From positions 8,131,211 through 8,181,691 of the forward strand of contig NC_068999.1 of the NCBI RefSeq assembly GCF_001194135.2: a stretch of DNA of 50,481 bases. Direction: 5' to 3'. Position 1 is the stretch's first letter. Each line of letters begins with the position of its first letter. Source of the stretch: Octopus bimaculoides (Eukaryota). The translations under genes and the position numbers were made by a program. Shown piece after piece: positions 48,250 to 50,481 of the stretch. The notes beneath the pieces are model-generated. The model was not told the DNA's origin. It ran no database searches and was given only the letters and a program-made list of their open reading frames with translations.

Positions 48250-48647
48250 CACGTATATGAAATATGGATGTCGCCATATTTCATTCTGTATCGGCTACCT
48301 CTGATGAGCACAGATTTACATAATCGTACTGTTACCTAACACTCTGTTGACCTCCTTGTGCAAAACTGATTGGCAAGATTAGCCTTAATGGATATATAAT
48401 ACTCTACATTTTGATTAATGGGTTAAAAAATTCTGGCAGATACCAATAAAGTACCCAGTGTTAAATGAATTTGGATAATTATATCCAATAATCAGATACC
48501 AATTAATGCAGGTAGAATAAACATCCAAGTAAATCCATTCTTATTTTAGTTGTTCCTTCCTTCCACTTCCGGTCACTTCAGAAACGTAATCACACATGGA
48601 TTGTTGGCGATATTTCCTTCTTTTCCCTTCTTTCTCTTTGGACTTTT

Positions 48648-48685
48648 CTCTTTCTGACAAAGAGTTATGCTCGAAACATTAACAA
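48648..48685 (+). ncRNA. Degenerate hammerhead-like motif (same family as 49115-49151)
   Basis: CUGACAA-A-GAGU-UAU-GCUC-GAAA-CA-UU. Core G8 and the stem III G are both changed to A, and stem I is reduced to 2 bp. It is followed by CCGAGCGTCA, as is the minus-strand copy. Confidence 0.45.
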
Positions 48686-48712
48686 CGCTCTCCTTTCACC
48701 GAGCGTCAAATT

Positions 48713-48748
<36 letters not shown>

Positions 48749-48809
48749 TGNNNNNNNNNNNNNNNNNNNNNNNNNNNNNNNNNNNNNNNNNNNNNNNNNN
48801 NNNNNNNNN

Positions 48810-48850
<41 letters not shown>

Positions 48851-48986
48851 TGTATATATATATTATTTATTTAAAGGTCACAATACATATATTAAAGCTC
48901 TACTAATAGTTTCATATGTTGAGAGAACTCAGACTTATTCTTCATTCTATAACAGCTATCTCTATCATGGATCAGTACATTATATA

Positions 48987-49023
<37 letters not shown>

Positions 49024-49114
49024 GGGAGAATATACGAAAAAACAACAACAGACGAGGACAGGTGGTGTAAATAACAAAAGGATGTATTAGTATGACGCTC
49101 GGGAATACGGAAAG

Positions 49115-49151
49115 TCTTTGACGTTTCGAGCTACGCTCTTCAACAGAAAGA
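49115..49151 (-). ncRNA. Minimal type-I hammerhead-ribozyme-like motif with palindromic stem III
   Basis: Minus strand reads UCUUU-CUGUUGA-A-GAGC-GUA-GCUC-GAAA-CG-UC-AAAGA. Stem I is 5 bp, stem II is 4 bp, ACGU is palindromic and the triplet is GUC. The core has A6U. Confidence 0.62.
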
Positions 49152-49234
49152 ATACGGAGACAAGGAGAAAAACACGGAGAAAAAAAATTGAATAGTGTCC
49201 AGTCAACAGTCAATCATATACATATATATATATA

Positions 49235-49413
49235 GTAAAAGCACCCATTACACTCTCGGAGTGGTTGGCGTTAGGAAGGGCATCCAGCTGTAGAAACTCT
49301 TCCAGATCAGACTGGAGCCTGGTACAGCCATCCGGTTCACCAGTCCTCACTCAAATCGCCCAACCCATGCTAGCATGGAAAGCGGACGTTAAACAATGAT
49401 GATGATGATGATG
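49235..49413 (+). mobile_element. SINE family C, 5'-truncated
   Basis: Collinear with 20590-20774. Confidence 0.85.
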
Positions 49414-49419
49414 ATATAT

Positions 49420-49630
49420 ATATTGTGTCTTTGTGTCTGCGTTTGTCCATGCCTACTGTTGTTTGTTTGCTTCCGTCCCTGTAACTTAGCAACTCAGCAA
49501 AAATAGACTGATAGAATAAGTGTTGCAGTTGATTTATTTGATTGGAAAAAACAAAAATAATAATAATAATAAAATGACCTCTGAAGGTGGTGCTCCAGCA
49601 TGGCTGCAGTCCTATGAATGGAAACAAGGA
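49420..49630 (+). mobile_element. SINE family A 3' half (diverged)
   Basis: CCCTGTAACTTAGC...GGTGCTCCAGCATGGCTGCAGTC. Confidence 0.7.
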
Positions 49631-50179
49631 AAAAAAAAAAAAAAAATCAGATAACTGTCATAGGAGTGGAAGCTGAAGTCGAGGTGGACGAGGCCTATTG
49701 TGGTGACTAAATACAATCCTACAAAGATGGAACACAATTAATTAATAAAGCTAAATCACTAATTACTGTGATTATATTAGTAAATATGTGTCTATGCATA
49801 TGCATTTAGCTGTACTTAAAGAATATCCTGGCTGTGTCTGCAAATTCTATTTAGGATGTTGACCTTCCAAATAACAGTAATCTCCATCCTGGTTTTCAGC
49901 GCATTTCATTGGGGTTTTGTTCCACTCTTTTTTTTGTTTCTTTATTCTTTTTTTTTTCTTTAAATATTTTCTGGCCTGTTTAGAGGAGGAAGTGCAACTC
50001 TTCTTTTACCTTTTTTATTTTATTTTAGCATATTTTACTTAATTTATTTTGCAGTAGGGCTTTCAAAACTGGCGAATTGGTGAGGGGTGGGGAGAACAAA
50101 CTGTAACTCTTGTTGCTGCGGTTGCAAGCAGTGTGTTAAGATATTGAGTTATATATCCATCCATCTTTCTGCCCAGCCG

Positions 50180-50370
50180 TCTGTCTGTCTGTCCGTCTAT
50201 GTTTGTGCGTCTGTTTATCTCTATCTATCTTTCTATCTATCTATCTATCTATCTATCCATCCATCCATCCATCCATCCATCCATCCATCTATTTGTTTGT
50301 CTGTCTATCTATCTACCTATCTGTCTATCTATTTGTTTGTCTGTCTATCTATCTACCTATCTGTCTATCT
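50180..50370. repeat. (TCTA)n/(TCCA)n microsatellite
   Basis: Seen directly. Confidence 0.95.
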
Positions 50371-50481
50371 CCCGACCCTACCATCACCAAACTGGAGCGC
50401 ATCCTCTTCCGCTTCTTGTGGAAAGGAAGCGTTCCGATGGTTAGGCGATCCGTTTGCTGCCAACACCCGTTAAAAGGAGGA
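50371..50481 (+). mobile_element. 5'-truncated L1/Tx1-type LINE ORF2 fragment, running off the window
   Basis: Frame reads [37 protein letters not shown], the typical post-RT 'FLW..........GG(LG)' segment of L1/Tx1 ORF2. It starts directly after a (TCTA)n tract. Confidence 0.8.

Larger units (their letters stand above)
34679..50481 (+). other. Intron 1 of the NUDT3-like gene (at least 15.8 kb, 3' end not seen)
   Basis: GTAAGA donor at 34679. I found no exon encoding the expected VLLV...W.VPGGG Nudix segment downstream, although it could lie in the N gaps at 46857-47297 or 48751-48809. Confidence 0.7.

Noticed and set aside
48301-48340. CTGATGAG motif
   Set aside because: No stem II or GAAA follows.
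48597-48611. TGG ATT GTT GGC (WIVG) resembling the Nudix WIVPGGG
   Set aside because: No PGGG or REVxEE follows, and it lies in the hammerhead-bearing repeat.
49651-49710. IGVEAEVEVDEAYCG resembling a Merlin/ISXO2 VEIDE motif
   Set aside because: Only about 19 codons before a stop, with no further transposase motifs.

Overview
AT-rich, microsatellite-dense eukaryotic draft-assembly window with 14 runs of N. The SINE families and repeat style look like an octopus or other coleoid cephalopod genome; this is inference from recognised repeats, not a database result. One protein-coding exon is firmly recognisable: the first coding exon (34580-34678, +) of a diphosphoinositol-polyphosphate phosphohydrolase gene (NUDT3/NUDT4/Aps family). 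Its intron appears to run past the end of the window. The rest is largely four tRNA-derived or tailed SINE families, a decayed DD37D (maT) mariner, the start of an L1/Tx1 LINE fragment, a decayed tRNA-Pro(TGG) gene, two long fold-back elements and many simple repeats. Almost all ORFs in the supplied track are artefacts of N gaps or microsatellites. The most interesting signals are three minimal type-I hammerhead-ribozyme-like motifs in repeat fragments (499-544 +, 48648-48685 +, 49115-49151 -), a 313-bp fold-back insertion with a 12-bp target-site duplication, a 74-bp insertion with telomere-like repeats inside a hairpin, a 45-bp repeat with codon-like periodicity, and a 188-aa ORF upstream of, and in frame with, the NUDT3-like start.
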